Shown here in pieces: positions 47,717 through 56,838 of a stretch of DNA of 64,000 nt (within the stretch, counting starts at the first letter, position 1; each line of letters opens with the position of its first letter). This stretch comes from an uncultured Candidatus Saccharibacteria bacterium. GTDB taxonomy: Bacteria; Patescibacteriota; UBA1384; CAILIB01; JAUSJZ01. The position numbers were made by a program, and so were the translations under genes. The DNA is taken from NCBI GenBank assembly GCA_964421635.1, contig CAYQWZ010000001.1:71267-135266 (forward strand), read 5' to 3'. Below the pieces are notes generated by a model, which was not told the DNA's origin, did not search any database, and was given only the letters and a program-made list of their open reading frames with translations.

Positions 47717-49617
47717 AAATTAACTATGTCGGAAGATAGATTAAGTTTTGATGAACCAATCTTCATCTTTTCTACTGCTCGTTTCAATAATCTTGAATAT
47801 AGGACTAATCCTATAGACTCCATATTGCCATGCTGCCTTTTTCCAAGCAGTGTGCCTGCTCCACGAATTTCTAAATCTTTCAGTGCTATACTCCAGCCGT
47901 CACCAATTTTGGCTGAATCGGCAATTATCTCTAGCCGCGCTTTGGCAGTAGCTGAAATATTCTTCTCTCCTTTTAGTGGGTTATCCCCTATCACTAACAA
48001 AGCGTAAGCCTGTTTGTCGCGTCTTCCCACCCGACCTCGCAGTTGATATAAATCGGCTAAACCAAAGTTCTCTGCCCTCTCAACTATTAATGTATTGGCG
48101 TTAGGATTATCAAGACCGTTCTCTATAATTGAAGTAGTAATTAACATGTCAATTTCGCCTGAGAAAAATTGATGCATAATTCTCTCTAGCTTTTTAGATG
48201 GCGTTTGCCCATGAGCCACAGCATAGCGCAATATTTTTTTGCTAGATCTAAATTTACTGAGCATATAATGAGGCTCAACCATATCTTTTATTCGTCTTAG
48301 TGTTGAAGGCAGAGTTTGCACTCTATTGTGCACATAATAAATTTGTCCATCTCTTTTTTTCTCCCTGTCTATAGCATTGAATATCGTTTCTTTATTATAG
48401 GCAGTAACTTTTGTTTGCACTCCTTTTCTTTGCCCAGGCGCAGTTTTAATAGTACTCATATTTCTTAATCCTGAAAGTCCCATATAAAGCGTGCGCGGAA
48501 TTGGCGTCGCGGTCAGTGATAAGACATCAATTTTAGATCTTAAACTTTTAAAGTATTCCTTTTGCTTGACACCGAATCTCTGCTCTTCATCAATTATTAA
48601 TAATCCTAAATTATCAAAATTCAGTTCGCGAGAAAAAACCTTGTGCGTACCTATAATGCAGTCGTATTTGCCAGTATTGATTTTATTAATCTCTTCTTTT
48701 GTAGTTTTTGAAATACGACTCATTTTTATTATTTTGACTGGAAAGTCTTTGTATCGGTCAGACCAAACATGATAATGCTGCTCGGCTAATACAGTTGTCG
48801 GCACCAACACTAAGACCTGCTTACCACTTTCTATAACACTAGTAGCTGCACGAATGGCGACCTCTGTTTTTCCAAATCCTACATCACCAGTTAGTAACCT
48901 ATCCATTGGCTCAGGTCTTTCGCTCAAATCAACATTAATATCTGCTTGCGCCCGTACTTGGTCTTTAGTTAAAATATGGGCAAAACTTTTATTAAGCATC
49001 TTCTGCCATTTTTTTGCCTGCTGATATTTTGGTCGCTCAACTAATTTTCTTTTTGCCTGAATAATAATTAAGTTTTGTGCAATTTCATATATATCTTTCT
49101 CAATCCTTTTTTTTGTTTTGGTCCAAGCAGCTGAATGCAAACGCGTCAATCTCGGTGTCTTCTTGCCGTAATATGGCATTAGCTCTGACTCTCTTTTCTG
49201 GGGAAAATACACTTGATCGTTTCCCGCATACTCTAAACACAAGAAAGGTTTATTTCGACCACTGTATTTTTTAATCCTTCTTCCTCTATATAAAGCAATG
49301 CCAAATTGAGGATGTACTAAGTAACCATCTATATCTACAATCCCATCTTCCGTAATTAAGCGATTGTCTTTTAGTTCAATTTTATGGCGTTGGCTTTTCT
49401 TTTCTTTTATGTTCTCAAGCTGGTCGCCAAAATAATCTAGTTTTGTTACAGAATTTGTCTCCGCTGGAATAATAGTTATCTGATCTCCCTGAACATTATA
49501 TTCTCCAGCCACATCTAAAACATCTACCCTTTTGTAACCGTGATTTTTTAAATACCTGAGTAATTGGTAGTAGTTATGCTGTCCATTCTCTAATTCAATA
49601 GTTTCATAAGTTTGCAT
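47704..49617 (-). CDS. mfd: Truncated transcription-repair coupling factor
   Basis: CarD/RID-like VHPQFGIALY.G, PMDRLL.GDVGFGKTE, DEEQRFGV, QLRGRVGR, DLEIRGAG; only 637 aa. Confidence 0.88.
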   Translation of the reverse strand: MQTYETIELENGQHNYYQLLRYLKNHGYKRVDVLDVAGEYNVQGDQITIIPAETNSVTKLDYFGDQLENIKEKKSQRHKIELKDNRLITEDGIVDIDGYLVHPQFGIALYRGRRIKKYSGRNKPFLCLEYAGNDQVYFPQKRESELMPYYGKKTPRLTRLHSAAWTKTKKRIEKDIYEIAQNLIIIQAKRKLVERPKYQQAKKWQKMLNKSFAHILTKDQVRAQADINVDLSERPEPMDRLLTGDVGFGKTEVAIRAATSVIESGKQVLVLVPTTVLAEQHYHVWSDRYKDFPVKIIKMSRISKTTKEEINKINTGKYDCIIGTHKVFSRELNFDNLGLLIIDEEQRFGVKQKEYFKSLRSKIDVLSLTATPIPRTLYMGLSGLRNMSTIKTAPGQRKGVQTKVTAYNKETIFNAIDREKKRDGQIYYVHNRVQTLPSTLRRIKDMVEPHYMLSKFRSSKKILRYAVAHGQTPSKKLERIMHQFFSGEIDMLITTSIIENGLDNPNANTLIVERAENFGLADLYQLRGRVGRRDKQAYALLVIGDNPLKGEKNISATAKARLEIIADSAKIGDGWSIALKDLEIRGAGTLLGKRQHGNMESIGLVLYSRLLKRAVEKMKIGSSKLNLSSDIVNLWKS

Positions 49618-49684
49618 ACTATTGCATATAATATAATTTCAAATCTTGACAAACACTAATATCTTTGATTAAATATTAATGCAT

Positions 49685-49790
49685 AAAGAGTCGTTTCGCC
49701 TGCCAATGCTCGCGATGTTTTTAGCCCCTCCTTTGGCATCGTAGAGTCAGTTCTCTGACTCAAGCATTGGTAGATGAAACGACTTTTTTT
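49685..49790 (+). ncRNA. Candidate small RNA or structured element (three-way junction, anti-SD loop, U tail)
   Basis: 22-position stem 49689-49710/49763-49784; two inner hairpins; loop CCCCUCCUUU; T7 run. Confidence 0.45.
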
Positions 49791-49803
49791 ATTATCAAAA
49801 ATA

Positions 49804-50232
49804 TTAGAACTTTTCGACCTCAACGCCCATACTGCGAGCAGTACCAGCAATAATTTTCTTTGCTTGCTCCATATCTCTAGCACTGATATCTTCCATTTTT
49901 ATTTCAGCGATTTTTTCTATATCTTTTTGAGAAATCTTTCCGACTTTTTCAGCCTTGGGATTACCTGAACCTTTCTCTAATTTAATAGCTTCTTTTATTA
50001 AAACAGCCGCTGGCGATGATTTAACAACAAACTCAAAACTTCTATCTTTGAAGATAGTGATATCTATTGGCATAATGGTGCCCATTTGATCTTTTGTTCT
50101 TTCATTAAACTGAGTTACAAAAGCATTCATATCAATGCCATGTGGACCAAGTGCTGTACCAACAGGAGGCGCTGGAGTAGCTTTGCCACCCGGAATCTGT
50201 AACTTCAGTTGTACCATTATTTCTTTAGCCAT
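49804..50232 (-). CDS. rplK: 50S ribosomal protein L11
   Basis: ATPAPPVGTALG, GTARSMG. Confidence 0.98.
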   Translation of the reverse strand: MAKEIMVQLKLQIPGGKATPAPPVGTALGPHGIDMNAFVTQFNERTKDQMGTIMPIDITIFKDRSFEFVVKSSPAAVLIKEAIKLEKGSGNPKAEKVGKISQKDIEKIAEIKMEDISARDMEQAKKIIAGTARSMGVEVEKF

Positions 50233-50234
50233 AA

Positions 50235-50894
50235 TTACATCTTTTTAACCTGTAAATAATCAAGAGTTACTGGAGTCTCTCTACCAAACATTGAAACTAA
50301 TACCCTAACCTTTCCTTTCTTAGCGTCGACATCTGTAATCTTGCCTTCAAAATTCTTTAGTGCTCCATCTTCAATTCTAACCAAGTCGTCTATCTTTAAG
50401 TCAATCTCTACAGTTGGGTCTTCCACACTCATACGACGAAATATCTCGTCAAGTTCAGTCTTTGCTAACGGAGTTGGACGAACGCCAAAACCAATGAATC
50501 CAGTAACATTTGGAGTGTTTCGTACTATATACCATGAGTCATCTGTGACAACCATATCTACCAAAACATAACCGGGGAAAATTTTCTTCTCAACTGTTTT
50601 TCTTTTTCCACCTCGCATCTCTACTTGGCGCTCAATTGGTACTAAAACATCAAAGATTTTGTCACCCATACTTAGTGACTCAATGCGTTGCTTTAAACTT
50701 TCAGCTACTTGCTCTTCAAAGCCTGAATAGGTATGGATAACATACCAGTTTCTCTCCCCTGACTGACGACCAATAGAGCGTCCAATGATATTCTGCGCAT
50801 CTTCCCCTTCATCAGAAAGCTTAGCTTTTTTAGCCTTTTCTTCGGGAGTTAAAATTTTCTCCTCATCCAAGTTTTGATTTTGTTCTTCACTCAT
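50235..50894 (-). CDS. nusG: Transcription factor NusG
   Basis: WYVIHTYSG.E, FPGYVLV, RNTP.VTGF, MFGRETPV. Confidence 0.97.
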   Translation of the reverse strand: MSEEQNQNLDEEKILTPEEKAKKAKLSDEGEDAQNIIGRSIGRQSGERNWYVIHTYSGFEEQVAESLKQRIESLSMGDKIFDVLVPIERQVEMRGGKRKTVEKKIFPGYVLVDMVVTDDSWYIVRNTPNVTGFIGFGVRPTPLAKTELDEIFRRMSVEDPTVEIDLKIDDLVRIEDGALKNFEGKITDVDAKKGKVRVLVSMFGRETPVTLDYLQVKKM

Positions 50895-51082
50895 TAGATT
50901 AATACTGACTTAACAATTAATTGTAATGCGAAATCGATAATTAACACAGCTACTGTAGCCATTGCTATACTCAAAATCACTACCCAAAAACTTCTTTGAA
51001 ACCGTTTCTTCGTCGGCCACTGTACCTTTTTAAATTCTGTCTTTACTCCAGTAAAGTAGGTTGTGATTGGAGATTTCTTCAT
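50894..51082 (-). CDS. secE: Preprotein translocase SecE
   Basis: EFKKVQWP plus TM, upstream of nusG. Confidence 0.92.
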   Translation of the reverse strand: MKKSPITTYFTGVKTEFKKVQWPTKKRFQRSFWVVILSIAMATVAVLIIDFALQLIVKSVLI

Positions 51083-51390
51083 ACAATGTTTTGAATTTCC
51101 AGCTCTGTAATATCTTGTCTATGACCAAGCTTTCTATAATATCTTTTTTTGGGCTTGAACTTTGCCGCCGTTATCTTCTTGCTCTTGGAATGTTTAATAA
51201 CTTTAGCTTTTACTTTCGCACCTAAAACTGTAGGATTACCGACTTTTGTTTTTGAATCTTCAACGATGCTTAGGATATCTTCTATATCAAAACTATCGCC
51301 TTCTTTAACGCTAATTCGGTTAACAAAAATTTTGTCTCCTTCAGCTACTAAGTGCTGGGTTCCACCAATTTGTATTACTGCTCTTTTCAT
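51079..51390 (-). CDS. rplU: 50S ribosomal protein L21
   Basis: AVIQIGGTQ..V.EGD, K.K.KKRY.R..GHRQ..T. Confidence 0.95.
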   Translation of the reverse strand: MKRAVIQIGGTQHLVAEGDKIFVNRISVKEGDSFDIEDILSIVEDSKTKVGNPTVLGAKVKAKVIKHSKSKKITAAKFKPKKRYYRKLGHRQDITELEIQNIV

Positions 51391-51437
51391 ACCAATATAG
51401 GCTACCAAATGTAAAGAGGATTGTCTAGTCTTAAACA

Positions 51438-52556
51438 CTAATAAAAAGTTATACGCTTATAGCGAACAACCACACTTTGCACGATACCCAGAGCTGCCAT
51501 AACAGTCAACATAGAGGAACCACCGAAACTTATTAGAGGCAGTGTAATACCCGTAACTGGTAATAACTGTAAATTCATACCAACATTAATAATCAGCTGA
51601 ATAAGCATCATGGCGGCTATTCCACTACATAGAAGCATTGAAAAATCATCCTTTGCTATGGTGGCGGCGTTAATTATCCTTCCTATTAACAAACCATACA
51701 AAATAAGAACGAAAACTGAACCAACAAAACCCCAAGACTCAGCAATAGAGGCAAAGATGAAATCGGTGTGAGCAACTGGTAAAAAGTTCAATTGCGATTG
51801 ACTTCCAAAACCTAAACCTGTTCCCGAAATGCCACCAGAACCAACAGCAATAACAGCCTGTAAAACATTATATCCGGCGCCAGAAGGGTCTAAATCAGGA
51901 TTAATAAAAGTTATCACTCTCTCTCGCTGGTAATCCTTCACTAACCCTTTGAAGGGAGTGACATTGTTCCAAGCCAAAACCGCTGCTAAAGCCATTACTA
52001 ATCCGAATATAATAAACCCTAACCACTGTTTTTTTGAAATTCCAGCCGCCACCATGACCGAAAATCCGGTTAAACTTAGTACTATTGCTGAGCCTAAATC
52101 GGGCTGTGTGAGAACCATGAATACAGGAATAAGGGTGAGCAGTATTCCCATAAACAACCGCCTTGAATGAATGCGTTTTACTCTGTTTGTGAATAGGGTA
52201 GCCAAAACAAAGATGACTGCTAATTTAGCAAGCTCACTTGGCTGAAACTGAAAGAAGCCAAAATCAATCCAGCGCTGAGAACCGAAAGTGGTTTGGCCGA
52301 AAATTCTTACTAATAAAAGTGAACACAATGTGAGGACAAAGAACGGCCAAGCCCAAGATCTTATCGCTCTATAATCTATAAATGTAAAGAAGAAATAAAT
52401 TATTAATCCTAGTATTACAGAAACAAACTGTCTGATAGCCAACGATGCTCCAGTCGAAGTTAGGGTAATAGAATAGATAACTGCAATTCCTAATCCTGCT
52501 AAAAAGAGGGGCAGTAATAGTAGCCAAATATCAGCGGTTTTAAACTTTGAGAACAT
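51438..52556 (-). CDS. rodA: SEDS peptidoglycan polymerase RodA
   Basis: RWI..G..QFQPSE.AK, QPDLG, GYNV.Q..IAVGSGG, HTDFIF, TGITLP.ISFGGSS. Confidence 0.9.
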   Translation of the reverse strand: MFSKFKTADIWLLLLPLFLAGLGIAVIYSITLTSTGASLAIRQFVSVILGLIIYFFFTFIDYRAIRSWAWPFFVLTLCSLLLVRIFGQTTFGSQRWIDFGFFQFQPSELAKLAVIFVLATLFTNRVKRIHSRRLFMGILLTLIPVFMVLTQPDLGSAIVLSLTGFSVMVAAGISKKQWLGFIIFGLVMALAAVLAWNNVTPFKGLVKDYQRERVITFINPDLDPSGAGYNVLQAVIAVGSGGISGTGLGFGSQSQLNFLPVAHTDFIFASIAESWGFVGSVFVLILYGLLIGRIINAATIAKDDFSMLLCSGIAAMMLIQLIINVGMNLQLLPVTGITLPLISFGGSSMLTVMAALGIVQSVVVRYKRITFY

Positions 52557-55381
52557 TAGTTAATCTCAAACGAAATTGTTTTATTATCGTTTAAAGAAAT
52601 TTTTCGCTCTTTTTCGTTTTCATCAAAGCTAGCATTTAAATCTACATCTTTAGCTAATTTTGTAATTTCGACTTCAGAAAAATTTGAATTATTCATTATT
52701 TTTAGATTGGCATTTTCGCTAGGTTGTAATTTTGCACTTTTGCGTGCAGATTGAAATGCTCTAGTAATTTCACGCTCGTCTGCTTCTTCCTTTAGTTCTG
52801 GAGTTAATTTCGTATCAAGCTCAACTGCTAACTTGTCTGCCACTTTTACCTCTAATTTTTTAATGTTCGTTTCTAGCAAAATCATCTCCTGTTCATTCTG
52901 ACTGAGCTGCTCATCACTTTTTACAACCACTTTAGCTAAAGGTTGTCTGACTTTTATCTTCACCTCTTGTCTTTTAATATGGATTAATTCAACTACATCT
53001 CTCACTAAATTCATTTTGACTAAAGCTTTTTCGTTAACCTTCCGGTCTTTTGGCCAATCTGTAAGATGAACTGACTCAATATCTTTGTCATTTTTTAGTT
53101 CTTGCCAAACATGTTCCGCCATAAATGGTGTGAACGGTGAAATTATTGTGGCATAACTTTGCAGTACAGAATGAAGAGTGTTGAAAAACTCATCTGTCTT
53201 TCTCTCGCGGCTGCGCCTGATATACCATAAAGATAAATCTTGTAAAAATTCTATTATCAAACGAGAAGCAGCCGTAATATCATAGTTATCCATAGCCATA
53301 CTCACTTCCTCTGCTAACTTATCGACTAAGGATTCAACCCAAATATCAAGTTCATTCTTAGATTTTAAAGTTTTTTTGTAGCTGAATTTCTCAGGCTTAT
53401 AGGTTAAATAGAAATTTAGCACATTCATTAATAGCATCTGATTCTTTCGATAGGATGTAGTCAAATCTTTCATTGAGAAACGCTTCGTCTGGCCTGGTTG
53501 ATTCATTGAGTACATAAACAGTCTTATGGCATCCATACCAAATTCCTCCGCCGTGGCCATTGGGTCTAAAATGTTGCCTAAAGATTTACTCATCTTCTTG
53601 CCCTTATCATCGTTAATATGACCCAAGCTTATAACATTCAAATATGGAGGATTATCCTTACCCATTAACACCGCGACAGCCTGTAGAGTATAAAACCATC
53701 CGCGCGTCTGATCTATTGCTTCAGAAATATAATCAGCTGGGTAACGGCCGGCTTTGTCTTCACCTGAGGCGAAAGGCATTGCGCCTGAGTCAAACCAGAC
53801 ATCACAGATAACTCCTTCGAAATTATAATCGTTGCCATCTGAATCTTGTAAAATAACATCATCAACAAAAGGTCTATGCGGGTCAAAATCTTCCGGCACC
53901 ATAGACTTGTCTTTAGCCTGCTGTCGTAACTCTTCGACAGAGCCTACAACTATGTGCTTACCACTAGTTTTGTTAGTCCAAACAGGCAATGGTGTGCCCC
54001 AATAGCGATTTCTAGAGAATGACCAGTCACGAAGTTCTCTCAGCCACTCACCCATCCGTCCGTCTTTTAAGTGGGCTGGAATCCAGTTGATTTTTTGATT
54101 GTTAGAAATTAACTGATCTTTCAATTTGGTCATCTCAATAAACCAAGAGTCTTTGGCGTAATATAACAGTTTAGATTTACATCGCCAGCAGAAAGGATAA
54201 CTATGTTTGTACTGTTCTTGCTTGAAAAGCAATCCTTTTTCTTTCAAGGCCGCAATTATTTGGTCTGTTGATTCATGTACATCAAGGCCCGCGAATTCCT
54301 TTACAATTGTCAAGAACTTGCCATCTTCGCCGACTGTATGAATGCGCGGTAAATCTTGAGCTTTAGCGGCTTCGTAATCATCTACTCCATACATAGCAGC
54401 AGTGTGTACAACTCCCGTACCTTCTTCCGTGGTTACAAAATCGGCCGTAATTATTTGGTGAACATTTTTTGCCTTAACTAATTTATCAACACTAAATAAA
54501 GATTTATATGTTTTGCCAATTAAATCTTGGGCCACTAATTTTTCTAAACTTTCAACTTCTTTTCCTTTAAAGACAGACTCAACAAGCTCGGTCGCCAATA
54601 TATATTTAGCTCCCTCGCTTTCAACTTTACTGTACTCAATATCACGACTTACCGCTAAAGCCACATTTCCGGGTAAAGTCCACGGAGTAGTAGTCCAAGC
54701 CAAAATAAAAGTGCCCGGCTCATCTTTTAATTCAAATTTTACCGTAACAGTTTTATCGACGATGTCTTGATACTCCTGCGCTACTTCGTGAGTTGAAAGG
54801 GGAGTTCCGCAACGCGCGCAGTAGGGAACAACTTTATGCGATTTTGCAAGTAATCCTTGCTCATTAACCTTTTTGATTATTCCCCAAAGTTCTTCTATGT
54901 ATTCTTTTTCGTATGTAATATAAGGATTTTCTAAGTCTAGCCAGTAGCCCATTCTAGATGTGAACTCTTCCCAATCCTTAATATTTTTCCAAACATTTTC
55001 ACGACATTTTTTATTAAAAAGTTTGATGCTCTCTTTGACATCTCCTTTTACTAAGTTCTCAATATCTTGCTTATTTTTTAAACCAAGTTTTTTCTCTACT
55101 TGCACTTCAACGGGTAATCCGTGGGTGTCCCAGCCAGCTCGACGATTAACCTGCTTTCCCTGCAAAGTTTGATAACGAGCTATAACATCTTTATAAGCTC
55201 GCGAAATCATATGATGAATTCCCGCTTTGGCGTTTGCGGTTGGGGGACCCTCATAAAAAACAAATTGTTCAGCGCCTTGTCGGTTATTTACAGATTTTTC
55301 AAATATTTTATTCTTTTGCCAAAAATCTAAAACCTTGAGTTCTGCTTCCACTACTTGATTGTTTTTGTTATCCTTATTCAT
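52556..55381 (-). CDS. ileS: Isoleucyl-tRNA synthetase (type 2-like)
   Basis: FYEGPPTAN, GWDTHGLPVE, WTTTPWTLP, SRNRYWGTP, DQTRGWFY, KMSKS. Confidence 0.96.
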   Translation of the reverse strand: MNKDNKNNQVVEAELKVLDFWQKNKIFEKSVNNRQGAEQFVFYEGPPTANAKAGIHHMISRAYKDVIARYQTLQGKQVNRRAGWDTHGLPVEVQVEKKLGLKNKQDIENLVKGDVKESIKLFNKKCRENVWKNIKDWEEFTSRMGYWLDLENPYITYEKEYIEELWGIIKKVNEQGLLAKSHKVVPYCARCGTPLSTHEVAQEYQDIVDKTVTVKFELKDEPGTFILAWTTTPWTLPGNVALAVSRDIEYSKVESEGAKYILATELVESVFKGKEVESLEKLVAQDLIGKTYKSLFSVDKLVKAKNVHQIITADFVTTEEGTGVVHTAAMYGVDDYEAAKAQDLPRIHTVGEDGKFLTIVKEFAGLDVHESTDQIIAALKEKGLLFKQEQYKHSYPFCWRCKSKLLYYAKDSWFIEMTKLKDQLISNNQKINWIPAHLKDGRMGEWLRELRDWSFSRNRYWGTPLPVWTNKTSGKHIVVGSVEELRQQAKDKSMVPEDFDPHRPFVDDVILQDSDGNDYNFEGVICDVWFDSGAMPFASGEDKAGRYPADYISEAIDQTRGWFYTLQAVAVLMGKDNPPYLNVISLGHINDDKGKKMSKSLGNILDPMATAEEFGMDAIRLFMYSMNQPGQTKRFSMKDLTTSYRKNQMLLMNVLNFYLTYKPEKFSYKKTLKSKNELDIWVESLVDKLAEEVSMAMDNYDITAASRLIIEFLQDLSLWYIRRSRERKTDEFFNTLHSVLQSYATIISPFTPFMAEHVWQELKNDKDIESVHLTDWPKDRKVNEKALVKMNLVRDVVELIHIKRQEVKIKVRQPLAKVVVKSDEQLSQNEQEMILLETNIKKLEVKVADKLAVELDTKLTPELKEEADEREITRAFQSARKSAKLQPSENANLKIMNNSNFSEVEITKLAKDVDLNASFDENEKERKISLNDNKTISFEIN

Positions 55382-55592
55382 CTATTTCGAAATATTTTAT
55401 TTTACTTCCCTCTCCCCTTTTTAACCAAATTTTGCTTTTAGGAATATCTAGATAGTCAGCTAAAAGAGCCTGCACTGCTCTATTGGCTTCATTGTTTTTG
55501 GGCTTAGCAGTAGTTTGTACAAAAAATTGATTGTCAGCAATCTGTTCAACTAAATTCTGTTTTGAGTTTGGTCTGACCTTTACCTCAAGCAT
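55374..55592 (-). CDS. DUF167/YggU family protein
   Basis: VKVRPNSK, ANRA...LLA.YL.IPKS.I..RGE.S..K. Confidence 0.8.
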   Translation of the reverse strand: MLEVKVRPNSKQNLVEQIADNQFFVQTTAKPKNNEANRAVQALLADYLDIPKSKIWLKRGEGSKIKYFEIDE

Positions 55593-55992
55593 TATCTAAA
55601 GCCTCGTTTACAAGAGCATCTGCATCTTTATTCTTTTCTCTCTTCACATGTTTGAAACTAGTTTTAATATTTAATAGGTTCAAACAATTCTCAACATTCA
55701 TCTTAATTACTGCCAAATTTTTGTCTTTTACTTTATATTCACCCTTCATCTGTTTGACAACCAGCTCACTGTCTAGGACAAACTCCACTTCATCTTTACT
55801 CTTTACCTTTCCTTCTAATAAATGACAGGCAAAAAGTAGTGCTCTATATTCGGCTTGATTATTAGTAGCAATACCAATAAATCGTTTCTTTTTTTCAATT
55901 TTACCATCACCTTGCGTAATGACTACGCCAATTGCCGCTGGCCCAGGATTTCCCCTTGAACCACCATCTGTATTGATAATTATTTTCGCCAT
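55585..55992 (-). CDS. Ribonuclease HI family protein
   Basis: TDGGSRGNPG, TNNQAEY, DSELVV.Q..G.Y, RE.N..AD.L.N. Confidence 0.92.
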   Translation of the reverse strand: MAKIIINTDGGSRGNPGPAAIGVVITQGDGKIEKKKRFIGIATNNQAEYRALLFACHLLEGKVKSKDEVEFVLDSELVVKQMKGEYKVKDKNLAVIKMNVENCLNLLNIKTSFKHVKREKNKDADALVNEALDNA

Positions 55993-56031
55993 TACTCTGT
56001 TAATTTACTCTGTTTAACCAATTTTCTCAAG

Positions 56032-56838
56032 CTAGAAAGGCAGGTAGAGCCTATCGGTTACTTCTTCTGCTTCCTCACTGAATCCTTCGTCAGAACGCCA
56101 GCGCAAATCATCTCTGTATAAAATTACGGCGTCTGTAACAGCATTAGCCACCTGCCACTGATACTCTTCATCTATGATGCGAGTCCGCTCCGCATCGTTA
56201 GAAATAAACCCCGGTAAAATTACTATTGTTGGCGCATCTATTACAAAAGCAGAATTACGAGTAAAGACTCCCCTACTAGTAACATCAAAGCTATTTAATC
56301 TTTCTGTTAGGGCAGTTTCCAATTCTCGAGAGAAAGCGACTCTTTGCTTATAGTTTTGGGACCAATCAACTTTTTTATAATCAATTATCTCAAAACCCGT
56401 ATACAGCGGATCATTATAATATTCATTAATATATATAGCTATCGACAAATCTGCACCAATCTGTTCAGCCTTCTCTTTTCGCTCTAGCGCATTCACAAAC
56501 ACATCACTCTGCCTTGATAATATTGAATTGACACCCTCTTTCGTCAAAGCTCTCTGCACCGCCTCAGCAATAGTAAGATTTAAATCTTTACCAACTATCT
56601 CAGGGCTTTTACTATTTTGCGGGTACACCGCTCCTAGCTCATCTCCCCCATCTCCAGGATGAATAAAGACTATAAAGTTCTCATCGACAGTGGGTGCTTC
56701 GACTTTTGGCTCCGATACTTTTCTCTCACCCCTCGGCCAAAATATTATTACAATTAAAAATATTACTGCGTAAACAATTATCTTTTGTCTTCGCTTCTTC
56801 TGTTGCAGCTGAATACTTCGCCAACTTCTCAATGCCAT
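56032..56838 (-). CDS. N-acetylmuramoyl-L-alanine amidase (Amidase_3)-like protein, catalytically degenerate
   Basis: TM anchor; IHPGDGG..GA, KDLNL.IA, SR..D.FV...ER, ADL.I.IY.N, GFISN..E. Confidence 0.7.
   Translation of the reverse strand: MALRSWRSIQLQQKKRRQKIIVYAVIFLIVIIFWPRGERKVSEPKVEAPTVDENFIVFIHPGDGGDELGAVYPQNSKSPEIVGKDLNLTIAEAVQRALTKEGVNSILSRQSDVFVNALERKEKAEQIGADLSIAIYINEYYNDPLYTGFEIIDYKKVDWSQNYKQRVAFSRELETALTERLNSFDVTSRGVFTRNSAFVIDAPTIVILPGFISNDAERTRIIDEEYQWQVANAVTDAVILYRDDLRWRSDEGFSEEAEEVTDRLYLPF

Noticed and set aside
49656-49968. Short ORFs 49656-49883 and 49774-49968
   Set aside because: They overlap rplK and the structured element; no protein-like features
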